Of a stretch of 64,000 nt of DNA, positions 22,365 to 31,315 are shown in pieces. The DNA is taken from positions 262-64,261 of the forward strand of contig CAZAQE010000028.1 in assembly GCA_964487275.1 (NCBI GenBank), given 5' to 3'. A model generated the notes under the pieces. The model made no database searches. It worked only from the letters and a program-made list of their open reading frames with translations, and had not been told where the DNA came from. The stretch comes from an uncultured Nocardioides sp. (GTDB lineage: Bacteria > Actinomycetota > Actinomycetes > Propionibacteriales > Nocardioidaceae). The translations under genes were made by a program, and so were the position numbers. Positions within the stretch are counted from its first letter, which is position 1. Every line of letters begins with the position of its first letter.

Positions 22365-22395
22365 CTAGTGCGCTTCATCATGGGTCAGGCCGGTC
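22365..22395. repeat. attR junction: element-side half-site CTAGTGCG (22365..22372) plus shared core TGGGTCAG (22381..22388)
   Basis: The core is identical to 8707..8714 and in the same comEC codon phase. Confidence 0.75.
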
Positions 22396-23123
22396 GTCCG
22401 GAAGTCCGCCTCGACCTCGGCGGGCAGGCCGGCGTCGTCGCCGTCGACGAGGGCCGGGACGAGCCCGGCCTGCGCGGGCGGCCGGTGGGCCACGGAGTCG
22501 CGGATAGCGGACCGCACGGCTCCCGCCGCGCGCCACCACGGGTCGGGACCACGGATCCGGACCGGCGACCGGCCGGAGAGCAGCAGGGCCCCGTCCTGCG
22601 GGCTGTCCGACGGCGCGAGGCGACCCTCGGCGAGCACCCGCTCCCCCAGCTCCACCCCGGCCCACGCCGGGTCGCCGAGGACGACGACGGACCCGCCGAG
22701 GCTCCGGCGCTCACCGCGGGCGGTTGCCTCCTCCACCCGCAGCCGTACGACGACCCGGTCGCCCCACTGCCCGTCCACCCTCCGCGGGTCGGACACCACG
22801 GTGCCGACCAGGTCGGCGGTGGCCCGGCCGGCCGCCCACGTGCTCAGCGGGCTCGTCGCCACCGCCTCCAGCCTCAGCAGGGCTCCGGCGAGCACCGCCG
22901 CGCCGACGACGACGGACGCGAGGACCAGCCGCCGCCCGGGTGACCCGCGGCCGGCGCGGCCGGTCCAGGCGAGGGCGCCGGCCACGGCCAGCAACGCGAC
23001 CAGCACCGGCACGGCCAGACCGCCGCTGCGGGTCGCCGCGATCCCGCCCAGCCACGCCGAGCAGCCCAGCACCGGCATCCGGAAGTCGTGCCCGGGCCGG
23101 GCGTGGGGCGCCGGCTCAGCCAC
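22365..23123 (-). CDS. comEC: ComEC 5' fragment (N-terminal TM plus DUF4131-like region), truncated four codons into the insertion
   Basis: 252 aa ending ...EADFRTTGLTH followed by element-encoded DEAH and a stop. It continues seamlessly into 8706..7107 if the element is removed. Confidence 0.85.
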   Translation of the reverse strand: MAEPAPHARPGHDFRMPVLGCSAWLGGIAATRSGGLAVPVLVALLAVAGALAWTGRAGRGSPGRRLVLASVVVGAAVLAGALLRLEAVATSPLSTWAAGRATADLVGTVVSDPRRVDGQWGDRVVVRLRVEEATARGERRSLGGSVVVLGDPAWAGVELGERVLAEGRLAPSDSPQDGALLLSGRSPVRIRGPDPWWRAAGAVRSAIRDSVAHRPPAQAGLVPALVDGDDAGLPAEVEADFRTTGLTHDEAH

Positions 23124-23139
23124 CGGCCACTCTCCTAGG

Positions 23140-24183
23140 GTGATCGCCGTGAGCCGCTACACGACCCCCGAGCTGGCCCGCGGCGCGCTCGGCGCCCTGG
23201 TCGGCATCGCCGTGGCCGGCGCGACCGCGCGCGCCGTGCCGGGCGGTCCGGAGATGCTGCCCTACATCGTCGCGCCGATGGGTGCGTGCGCCGTGCTGCT
23301 CTTCGCCGTCCCGGCGAGCCCGCTGGCGCAACCCTGGCCGGTCCTCGGCGGCAACGTGATCTCGACCGCGGTGGGACTGGGCGCGCACTGGCTGGTCGAC
23401 GACGTGCTGCTCGCGGCGGCGATCGGCGTCGGTGCCGCCATCGGCACGATGATGCTCCTCGGCTGCCTGCACCCGCCCGGCGGGGCGTGCGCCCTGCTGG
23501 CCGCCACGGCCACACCGGAGATCCACGAGCAGGGCATCATGTTCGCGCTCACACCGGTCGCGGTGAACACCGCGATGCTGCTGGTCGCAGCGATCGTCGT
23601 GAACAACCTGACCGGCCGCCGCTACCCGCACCGGCCCGCACCATCCGCACCGGCGAGCGCCGCCGCCGAGCTCGGCATCACGACCCCGGACGTCGAGCAG
23701 GCGATGAAGCGGCTTGCCGACCGCCTCGACGTGCTCCCGGCCGACATCGTCGCGATCGTCCGCGACGCCGAGACCCATGCCCTCGACCGGCGGCTCGGAT
23801 CGGTCCCGGTGTCGCGCATCATGAACCGCGACGTCGCGGTGGCGCACCCGTTCGAGTCGATCTACCGCGCCCGGACACTCCTCGTGCAGCGGCAGGTCAA
23901 GACGTTGCCCGTCGTCGACGACGAGCGGCACGTGATCGGGGTCGTGTCGATCATCGACCTGTTCACCCGCGACATCGTCGAACTGGAGACCGTCGACTCG
24001 ATCATGCGGACCGAGGTCACCACGATCCGCGAGGACACCCCGGTCGCCGAGCTGATCCCCGCGATGACCACCGAGGGCTACAAGAACGTGCCGGTCGTGG
24101 ACACCGAGGACCGGCTCGTCGGGATGATCACACGCGGCGAGCTGATCGCGGTGCTGCACCGGGCGCTCCTCGGCGCCTTCTGA
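23140..24183 (+). CDS. HPP-family membrane protein with tandem CBS domains
   Basis: Trimmed from track ORF 22801..24183 to the GTG at 23140 (23149 also possible). HPP motif LGCLHPPGGA. C-terminal CBS pair (IMNRDVAVAHP..., IMRTEVTTIRED...). Confidence 0.8.
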   Translation: MIAVSRYTTPELARGALGALVGIAVAGATARAVPGGPEMLPYIVAPMGACAVLLFAVPASPLAQPWPVLGGNVISTAVGLGAHWLVDDVLLAAAIGVGAAIGTMMLLGCLHPPGGACALLAATATPEIHEQGIMFALTPVAVNTAMLLVAAIVVNNLTGRRYPHRPAPSAPASAAAELGITTPDVEQAMKRLADRLDVLPADIVAIVRDAETHALDRRLGSVPVSRIMNRDVAVAHPFESIYRARTLLVQRQVKTLPVVDDERHVIGVVSIIDLFTRDIVELETVDSIMRTEVTTIREDTPVAELIPAMTTEGYKNVPVVDTEDRLVGMITRGELIAVLHRALLGAF

Positions 24184-24211
24184 CCCGCTCCTCCACGGCC
24201 CGGCCACGGCG

Positions 24212-25147
24212 TCAGACCGTCACGTGGGGGGCCAGCCTGGCGAGGGTCTTCTCGCCGATCCCGTCGACCTCGAGCAGCTCGTCGACGCTGGTGAACCCGC
24301 CCCGCTCCTCGCGCCAGCTGATGATCGACTGCGCGGTGACCGGGCCGACGTCGGGCAGCGCCTCGAGCTCCGCCTGCGTCGCGAGGTTGAGGTTCACCGG
24401 TGCACCGGCCGTCCCCGGGGCGGCCGCCCCCGCTGCCCCGGCGGCTCCCCCGGGCGCAGTCCGCGCGCCGACGACGACCTGTTCGCCGTCGACCAGCACC
24501 CGGGCGAGGTTGATCGACGTGAGGTCGACGCCCGGCTTCGCCCCTCCGGCCGCCTCGACCGCGTCGGTCACCCGGGCGCCGGCGTCCAGGACGACGATCC
24601 CGGGGCGGCGCACCTTGCCGGCGACGTCGACGGTGACCTGCCCGCCGGCGTCGGGCACCGCACTCGCACCGGTGGTCGTCCCGGATCGGGCCGGGACCAG
24701 CGGCTCGACGGCCTCGACGCTCGACGGGGCGACCCCGGGACCCGGATCGTCGCGCACGACCCACCACGTGGTGACCGCCAGCCCGGCGGCCACCACGAGC
24801 GCAACGACGGCCACGTGGACGGGCGCCAGGGGCGGCATCCGTTCGAGCACGGCCCCCGCCCCCCAGCCCGTACGACGCCGTGCCGCATGCCGCCCCGGGA
24901 CGGGGATCGCAGGTGGTGGCTCCGGTGCCGGATCCGTCGGCGCCACGGGATTCGGCAGCCGGCCGGGCCCCCGGTCCGCCACCCGGGTGTGGTCGGCCCA
25001 CCACGGCGCCGTCGCTCCCGTGGTGTCGAAGGTGTCGTCGTCCGGCTCGCGGTCGGCGGGGGCGCCCCGACCCTCGCCCGCACCGGCGGCGATCAGGGCG
25101 AGACGACGCGCGGCGACGTCATCGGTGGCGGGGCGTCGGGAGTGCAT
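24212..25147 (-). CDS. comEA: ComEA-family DNA-binding competence protein
   Basis: 311 aa. TM anchor, SLBB-like region (VDVAGKVRRPGIVVLDAGARV) and C-terminal helix-hairpin-helix (NLNLATQAELEALPDVGPVTAQSIISWREERGGFTSVDELLEVDGIGEKT). Confidence 0.9.
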   Translation of the reverse strand: MHSRRPATDDVAARRLALIAAGAGEGRGAPADREPDDDTFDTTGATAPWWADHTRVADRGPGRLPNPVAPTDPAPEPPPAIPVPGRHAARRRTGWGAGAVLERMPPLAPVHVAVVALVVAAGLAVTTWWVVRDDPGPGVAPSSVEAVEPLVPARSGTTTGASAVPDAGGQVTVDVAGKVRRPGIVVLDAGARVTDAVEAAGGAKPGVDLTSINLARVLVDGEQVVVGARTAPGGAAGAAGAAAPGTAGAPVNLNLATQAELEALPDVGPVTAQSIISWREERGGFTSVDELLEVDGIGEKTLARLAPHVTV

Positions 25148-25280
25148 GCCGGCACGCTAGGCAGCCGGGGCGCCGGATGCCCCGGGCCGGCCGGAGACCT
25201 GTGGACGACCGGCTGCCGCCACCCCTGCCTGTGGACAGCTGGCGGACGTCCTCGTGACGAGCGGGACGGTTGAGGACCGG

Positions 25281-26153
25281 TCAGACGTCGAGGACCGGCG
25301 CGACGCAGATGGCGAGCATCCCCGGGCCGACGTGCGCACCGAGCACGCCGCCGAGCTCCACGCAGCGCACCGGGCTGCCGTCGGCGGCGGGCGCCAGCTG
25401 CTCGCCCAGCTGCTCGACCAGGCGCTCGGCCATCGCTGTCGCCCGCTCCTCGGCGGCCAGGTGGGCCACACAGGCCTCGACCCGCTGCTCCCCCGCAGCC
25501 GCCACCGCCATCGCCTCGAGCTGGGCGATCGCCTTGGCCGCCGTGCGCACCTTGGCCTGCGGTGCGATCACGCCGTCGACGATGCCGAGCAGCGGCTTCA
25601 CCGCGAGCACCCCACCGAAGACGGCGGCCGCCGCACCGACCCGGCCGCCACGCCGGAGGTACTCCAGCGTGTTGACGTAGAACAGCGAGGTCGCCGCCTC
25701 GGCGCGAGCCCGCGCCGCCTTGGCCGCGTCCGCGGCCGTGCCACCGGCCCCGATGACCGCGCAGGCCGACTCGACGGCGTACCCGGTCGCGACCCCGACC
25801 TGTCGTGAGTCGACGCAGGTGACCGGTACGGGAGCCGTGCGCGACGCCACGAGGGCCGACTCGAAGGTCCCGCTCACCTCGGCCGACAGGTGGACCGAGA
25901 CGATCTCGGTCGCCCCCTCCTCGGCCAGCTGCGCATAGAGGTCGGAGAACACCGCGGGCGCCGGGCGCGAGGTGCTGACCGCGCGCTTCTCGCGCAGCGC
26001 GGCGGCGACCTTCTCCGGGGTCACGCCCTCGGAGCCCTCGTCGAACGACTCGTCGTCGATGATCACCTGCAGCGGGACCACCCGGACCAGCCCGGAGCCC
26101 GCGACCTCCGCGGGAACGGTCGAGGCGGAGTCGGTGACGACGACGACGGACAC
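25281..26153 (-). CDS. DegV-family fatty-acid-binding protein
   Basis: 290 aa. Sequence VVVTDSASTVP...VVPLQVIIDDESF...STSRPAP is typical of DegV. Confidence 0.85.
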   Translation of the reverse strand: MSVVVVTDSASTVPAEVAGSGLVRVVPLQVIIDDESFDEGSEGVTPEKVAAALREKRAVSTSRPAPAVFSDLYAQLAEEGATEIVSVHLSAEVSGTFESALVASRTAPVPVTCVDSRQVGVATGYAVESACAVIGAGGTAADAAKAARARAEAATSLFYVNTLEYLRRGGRVGAAAAVFGGVLAVKPLLGIVDGVIAPQAKVRTAAKAIAQLEAMAVAAAGEQRVEACVAHLAAEERATAMAERLVEQLGEQLAPAADGSPVRCVELGGVLGAHVGPGMLAICVAPVLDV

Positions 26154-26160
26154 GGGGCGA

Positions 26161-28575
26161 TCACACCACGATGTTGACGAGCTTGGGCGCCCGCACGATC
26201 ACCTTGCGGACCGTCCGGCCGTCGATGGCCTTCTGCACCGCGGGGTCGGCGAGCGCAGCCGCCTCCAGGTCGGCCTCGCTGATGTCGGGCGCGACCTCGA
26301 GGCGACCGCGGACCTTGCCCTGGATCTGGACGACCGCGGTCACGGCGTCCTCGACCAGCAGCGCCTCGTCGACCGCGGGCCACGGGACCTGGGCGACGGA
26401 CGGCTCGTGGCCCAGCCGCTCCCACATCTCCTCGGCCGTGTACGGCGCCACCAGCGACAGCAGGATCGCGACCGTCTCCGTCGCCTCACGGACGGCCGGG
26501 TCCTCGGCGCCGCAGCCCGAGTCGATCGCCTTGCGGGTCGCGTTGACCAGCTCCATGATGCGGGCGACGACCACGTTGAAGCGGTAGGAGTCGAGCAGGT
26601 GCGCAGCCTCGTGCACCGTCCTGTGGGTGACCTTGCGCAGCGCGACGTCACCCGCGGTGACGTCCGCTCCGGGCGCCGAGGCCACGTCACCGGCGAGCCG
26701 CCAGGCGCGCTGGAGGAACTTCGCCGAGCCGGCCGGCGACACGTCGGCCCAGTCGATGTTGTCCTCGGGCGGGCTGGCGAAGACCAGCGTCAGGCGCACC
26801 GCGTCGACGCCGAACTCGTCCAGCTGCGCGCCGAGCGCGACGCCGTTGCCGAGGGACTTGCTCATCTTGTGGCCGTTGTTGATGACCTTGCCCTGCGAGA
26901 GGTACGCCGAGAACGGCTCGTCCCAGTCGATCAGGCCCTGGTCGCGCAGCGCCTTGGTGAAGAAGCGGGCGTAGAGCAGGTGGAGCACCGCGTGCTCGTC
27001 GCCGCCGAGGTAGAAGTCGATCGGTCCCCACGCCTTCGCCAGCGCCGGGTCGAAGGCCTGCGTGCTGTCGTGCGGCGAGAGGTAGCGGAAGAAGTACCAG
27101 GACGAGTCCACGAAGGTGTCCATGGTGTCCGTGTCGCGGGTGGCCGGCCCGCCGCAGGTCGGGCAGGACACGTTGACCCACTCGGTGGCAGCGCCCAGCG
27201 GCGAGGTGCCCTTCGGCTTCAGGTCCGCGCCGCGCAGCTCGGGCAGCTCGACGGGCAGCTGGTCGTCGGGGACGGCGACCTCGCCGTCCACCGGACAGTG
27301 GATGATCGGGATGGGCGCACCCCAGTAGCGCTGGCGGGAGAGCAGCCAGTCGCGCAAGCGGAAGTTGACGGTGCCCTGGCCGTGCCCGCTGGCCTCGATC
27401 GCGGCGATCGCCTTCGACACCTCGGCGGCCTTGTCGTAGGGCTGCTCGTCGTCGTACACGGGCACGATGGGGAGGCCGAACTTCTCGGCGAACTCCCGGT
27501 CGCGCTCGTCGTGCGCCGGCACGGCCATGATCGCGCCGGTGCCGTAGTCGGCCAGCACGTAGTCCGCGGCCCACACCGGGATCTGCTCGCCGGTCAGCGG
27601 GTTGGTGGCGGTGACCCCGAGGTCGACGCCCGTCTTGGGCCGGTCGGTCGCGAGGCGGTCGATGTCGGAGGCCTTGCGGACCTCGGTGAGGTAGTCCTCC
27701 AGCGCCTGCGCCCGCTCGGGGGTGACCAGCTGCCGGGCCAGCTTGGCATCGGCCGCGACGACCATGAAGGTCGCCCCCACCAGGGTGTCGGGACGCGTGG
27801 TGAAGACCGTGATCGGCTCGTGTCCCTCGATGTCGAACACCACGTGGGCGCCCTCGGAGCGGCCGATCCAGTTGCGCTGCGCGTTGACGACCTTGGGGAT
27901 CCAGGTGTCCTGCAGGTCATCGAGCGAGTCGTGGAGCTCCTGGGCGTACTGCGTGGTCCTGAAGTACCACTGCGTCAGCTCCTTCTTGGTGACCTCCGCG
28001 CCGCACCGCTCGCAGGTGCCGTCGGCCAGGACCTGCTCGTTGGCCAGCACCGTCTGGTCGTTGGGGCACCAGTTGACCGGCGAGTTCTTGCGGTAGGCCA
28101 GGCCCTGCTCGCGCAGCCGGAGGAACAGCCACTGCGTCCACTTGTAGTACTCGGGGTCCGAGGTGTGCAGCCGGCGCGACCAGTCGAAGCTCAGGCCGTA
28201 CTTCTTGAACGAGCTGAACTGCGTCTCGATGTTGGCGTAGGTGTACGTCGCCGGGTGCTCGTCGTTCTTGATCGCGGCGTTCTCGGCGGGCAGGCCGAAG
28301 GAGTCCCAGCCCATCGGGTTGAGCACCTCGAAGCCGCGGAGCTTCTTGTAGCGGCAGAGCACGTCGTGCAGGGCCATCACCTCGGCGTGGCCCATGTGGA
28401 GGTCGCCACTCGGGTAGGGGAACATCGTCAGCCCGTAGAACTTGGGCTTCTCCCCGGCGAGCACGGCCGCGTCGTCGGCGCGGAAGGCGTCGAGGCGCTC
28501 CCAGACCGGAAGCCACTTCTCCTCGACGGCATGGGCGTCGTAGTGGACCTCGGGGGATGCAGCCGTTTCACTCAC
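26161..28575 (-). CDS. leuS: leucine--tRNA ligase
   Basis: 804 aa. HIGH-type motif ([10 protein letters not shown]) and KMSKS (HKMSKSLGN). Confidence 0.97.
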   Translation of the reverse strand: MSETAASPEVHYDAHAVEEKWLPVWERLDAFRADDAAVLAGEKPKFYGLTMFPYPSGDLHMGHAEVMALHDVLCRYKKLRGFEVLNPMGWDSFGLPAENAAIKNDEHPATYTYANIETQFSSFKKYGLSFDWSRRLHTSDPEYYKWTQWLFLRLREQGLAYRKNSPVNWCPNDQTVLANEQVLADGTCERCGAEVTKKELTQWYFRTTQYAQELHDSLDDLQDTWIPKVVNAQRNWIGRSEGAHVVFDIEGHEPITVFTTRPDTLVGATFMVVAADAKLARQLVTPERAQALEDYLTEVRKASDIDRLATDRPKTGVDLGVTATNPLTGEQIPVWAADYVLADYGTGAIMAVPAHDERDREFAEKFGLPIVPVYDDEQPYDKAAEVSKAIAAIEASGHGQGTVNFRLRDWLLSRQRYWGAPIPIIHCPVDGEVAVPDDQLPVELPELRGADLKPKGTSPLGAATEWVNVSCPTCGGPATRDTDTMDTFVDSSWYFFRYLSPHDSTQAFDPALAKAWGPIDFYLGGDEHAVLHLLYARFFTKALRDQGLIDWDEPFSAYLSQGKVINNGHKMSKSLGNGVALGAQLDEFGVDAVRLTLVFASPPEDNIDWADVSPAGSAKFLQRAWRLAGDVASAPGADVTAGDVALRKVTHRTVHEAAHLLDSYRFNVVVARIMELVNATRKAIDSGCGAEDPAVREATETVAILLSLVAPYTAEEMWERLGHEPSVAQVPWPAVDEALLVEDAVTAVVQIQGKVRGRLEVAPDISEADLEAAALADPAVQKAIDGRTVRKVIVRAPKLVNIVV

Positions 28576-28605
28576 GGCGCAAGGATAGTCGCCGCGGGGG
28601 GCGAC

Positions 28606-30408
28606 TCAGGGCACGGCCTCGCCCGTCTGGACCCGCCACAGCGCGGCGTAGGCACCGTCGAGGGCGACCAGCTCGTCGTGGGTGCCCGCCTCGGCCACGC
28701 GGCCGCCGTCGAGGACCCAGATCCGGTGGGCGTGGCGCACCGTCGAGAGCCGGTGGGCGACGACGATCGTGGTGCACCGCTCGCCGGCCCGGCGCAGGGA
28801 CTGCTGGATCGCCGCCTCGGTCTCGTTGTCGACCGCGCTGGTGGCCTCGTCGAGCACGAGGATCGCCGGGTCGCGCAGCAGCGCCCGGGCCAGCGCGATG
28901 CGCTGCCGCTGGCCGCCGGACAGGGTGATCCCCCGCTCCCCCACCCAGCTGTCGTAGCCGTCCGGCAGCCGCTCGACGAATTCCGCGGCCGCGGCCGCCT
29001 CGGCAGCGGTCCGGACCTCCTCGCGCGTCGCGTCGGGGCGTCCGTAGGCGATGTTCTCCGCGACCGTCCCCGAGAAGAGGTAGACGTCCTGGGCGACGTA
29101 CCCCATCGAGCCGCGCAGCGAGTCCCAGTCGAGGTCGCGCACGTCGGTGCCGTCGAGCAGCACCTGCCCCGATCGCGGGTCGTCGAAGCGGAGCACGAGC
29201 CGCAGCAGCGAGGACTTGCCGGCGCCGGTCGGCCCGACGATCGCGTGCGTCTCGCCGGCAGGGACGACCAGGTCGAGGCCGTGGAGCACGTCCGGCCCGT
29301 CGGCGTACCCGGCTCGCACGCCGCGCAGCTCCACCCGCCCGCCGACGGGCTTCGCCAGCACCGAGGTGCCCGCCGGGACGTCGACCGGCTCGGCCAGCAG
29401 CGCCAGGATCCGCGCGGTGGAGGCCCGGCCGCGCTGGTAGAGGTCGAGCACCTCGGCCACGGCGGTCAGCGGCCACAGCAACCGCTGGGTCATGAACACC
29501 AGCACCGAGTAGAGGCCGAGCTCGAGCTCGCCGTCGAGCGTGGCCCAGCCGCCGAGCAGGAGCGTGCAGGTGAAGCCGGCGAGGATCGCCATCCGCACGA
29601 GCGGGACGAACGCGGCCGACGAGCGGATGGCCACCACGTTCGCCTCGCGGTACGCCGCCGACACGGCAGCGATCCGGTCACGTTCCCGGTCCTCGGCGGT
29701 GAAGGCCTTGATCGTGGCGATGCCGGCGAGATTCGCACCGAGGGCTCCGGAGAGGTCGGCGACCGACTCCCGGACCCGGTCGTAGAGCGGCTCCAGCCGC
29801 TTCTGGAAGTAGAGCGAGCCGACGACGATCACCGGGATCGGCAGGAAGGCGTAGAGGGTCAGCTCCCACGAGGCGACGGCGAAGACGATGCCCACCAGGA
29901 CCACGTTGAGGGCGGTCTGCAGGATCTCCGGGAGACCGCGGTCGAGCAGGCGCTCGAGCTGGTTGACGTCGTCATTGAGGGTCGCGAGCGTCGAGCCCTG
30001 CGGGCGCGCCTCGTGCCAGCCCAGGTGCAGGTGCTGGGCGTGGTCGTACGCCTCGACCCGCAGGTCGTGCTCGATGCCCTGCGCCAACCCTCGCCAGAGC
30101 ACGTCGGCGGCGTACTCGGAGGCCGACTCGATGACCCACACGACGAGGTTGATCGCGGCGAGCCAGCCGAGCTGGGCGTAGCGGGACTCGACGCCGAGGA
30201 GGTCGCCGACGAACGAGTCGGCGCCGCGGACGACGACGTCCACGGCCGCGCCGATCAGCAGCTCGGGGACGACGTCGGCCACCTTGTTGAGCGTCGACAT
30301 CGCGACGGCGAGCACGAAGCGGCCGCGGAACCCGCGGTAGCGCTTCCAGAGCGCGCCCAGCGGCCGCTCGATCACCGGGTCCACCGCGTTCCTTCCGCCA
30401 CCCAACAA
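28606..30408 (-). CDS. ABC transporter, fused permease/ATP-binding (exporter type)
   Basis: 600 aa. N-terminal six-TM domain, Walker A GPTGAGKSS, signature LSGGQRQRIALARA, Walker B ILVLDEATS. Confidence 0.9.
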   Translation of the reverse strand: MLGGGRNAVDPVIERPLGALWKRYRGFRGRFVLAVAMSTLNKVADVVPELLIGAAVDVVVRGADSFVGDLLGVESRYAQLGWLAAINLVVWVIESASEYAADVLWRGLAQGIEHDLRVEAYDHAQHLHLGWHEARPQGSTLATLNDDVNQLERLLDRGLPEILQTALNVVLVGIVFAVASWELTLYAFLPIPVIVVGSLYFQKRLEPLYDRVRESVADLSGALGANLAGIATIKAFTAEDRERDRIAAVSAAYREANVVAIRSSAAFVPLVRMAILAGFTCTLLLGGWATLDGELELGLYSVLVFMTQRLLWPLTAVAEVLDLYQRGRASTARILALLAEPVDVPAGTSVLAKPVGGRVELRGVRAGYADGPDVLHGLDLVVPAGETHAIVGPTGAGKSSLLRLVLRFDDPRSGQVLLDGTDVRDLDWDSLRGSMGYVAQDVYLFSGTVAENIAYGRPDATREEVRTAAEAAAAAEFVERLPDGYDSWVGERGITLSGGQRQRIALARALLRDPAILVLDEATSAVDNETEAAIQQSLRRAGERCTTIVVAHRLSTVRHAHRIWVLDGGRVAEAGTHDELVALDGAYAALWRVQTGEAVP

Positions 30409-30470
30409 GTTAGGTTGACCTTAGTCGAGCGCGGCCCGCGCCCCGCAGCCGGGGCCAGTAGCGTGACACC

Positions 30471-31232
30471 ATGACTGTCACCGACCTCTTCCGACTCGAC
30501 GGCAAGGTCGCCGTCGTCACCGGCGCCAGCTCCGGCCTGGGCGTCGACTTCGCGAAGGCCCTCGCCGAGGCGGGCGCCGACGTCGCCCTCGGCGCCCGCC
30601 GCGTCGAGCGCCTCGCCGACACCGCCGCGCTCGTCGAGGCCGCCGGACGCCGCGCACTGTCCGTGCAGACCGACGTCGCCGACCCCGCCTCCTGCCAGGC
30701 CCTCGTCGACGCCGCAATGGCGGAGTTCGGCCGGGTCGACATCCTCGTCAACAACGCCGGCGTCGGCACCGCCGTACCCGCGACCCGGGAAACACCGGAG
30801 CAGTTCACGCAGGTCATCGACATCAACCTCAACGGCAGCTACTGGATGGCCCAGGCGTGCGGGCGCGTGATGCAGCCGGGCTCGGCCATCATCAACATCT
30901 CCTCGGTGCTCGGCATCACCACCGCCGGGCTCCCCCAGGCCGCCTACGCCGCTTCCAAGGCCGGCGTCATCGGCATGACCCGCGACCTCGCGCAGCAGTG
31001 GACCGGCCGCAAGGGCATCCGGGTCAACGCCATCGCGCCCGGCTTCTTCACCTCCGAGATGACCGAGTCCTACCCGCCGGGCTACCTCGAGTCGCAGCAG
31101 GCCCGGATCCCCGCCGGCCGCAAGGGCGACCCGCGCGAGCTCGCGGCGACCCTGGTCTTCCTCGCCTCCGACGCCGCCGGCTATGTCACCGGCCAGACCC
31201 TCGCGGTCGACGGGGGCATGACGATCACCTGA
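30471..31232 (+). CDS. SDR-family oxidoreductase (FabG-like)
   Basis: 253 aa. TGASSGLG cofactor motif, NNAG, and catalytic YAASKAG. Confidence 0.9.
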   Translation: MTVTDLFRLDGKVAVVTGASSGLGVDFAKALAEAGADVALGARRVERLADTAALVEAAGRRALSVQTDVADPASCQALVDAAMAEFGRVDILVNNAGVGTAVPATRETPEQFTQVIDINLNGSYWMAQACGRVMQPGSAIINISSVLGITTAGLPQAAYAASKAGVIGMTRDLAQQWTGRKGIRVNAIAPGFFTSEMTESYPPGYLESQQARIPAGRKGDPRELAATLVFLASDAAGYVTGQTLAVDGGMTIT

Positions 31233-31315
31233 TCCTCCACCTGGTCCCCGAACACCGTGGCGAGGAACGACGAGGCCCCCGGCGCTGCCGGGGGCCTCGT
31301 GCGTGGGTACGACGG

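Larger units (their letters stand above)
8707..22388. mobile_element. about 13.7-kb integrated prophage-like/satellite-like element inserted in comEC, mobilised by a large serine recombinase
   Basis: Bounded by an 8-bp direct repeat in identical comEC codon phase. Integrase sits at the left end. Content is phage-type (TerS, tape measure, Xis-like HTH). Visibly more A/T-containing sequence than the flanks. Confidence 0.85.

Noticed and set aside
8707-22388. The element as an actinomycete integrative conjugative element (AICE/ICE)
   Set aside because: No FtsK/TraB-like translocase, relaxase, Rep or spread genes can be recognised. TerS and a tape measure point to a phage-related lifestyle.
7107-23123. 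The idea that the two comEC pieces are an ordinary frameshifted or decayed pseudogene
   Set aside because: The pieces are 13.7 kb apart and are separated by a coherent integrase-bearing element. They share an 8-bp core in the same phase and rejoin without loss or gain of a codon.
22801-23139. N-terminal 113 codons of track ORF 22801..24183
   Set aside because: Antisense to the comEC 5' fragment and rich in Arg, Pro and Ala. The HPP-CBS protein begins plausibly at the GTG at 23140 or 23149.
25972-30474. 1500-aa plus-strand ORF, the longest in the track
   Set aside because: It lies entirely antisense to leuS and the ABC transporter, both of which carry diagnostic motifs. Its translation is Arg/Gly/Asp/Val-rich with no motifs, a typical high-G+C antisense open frame.
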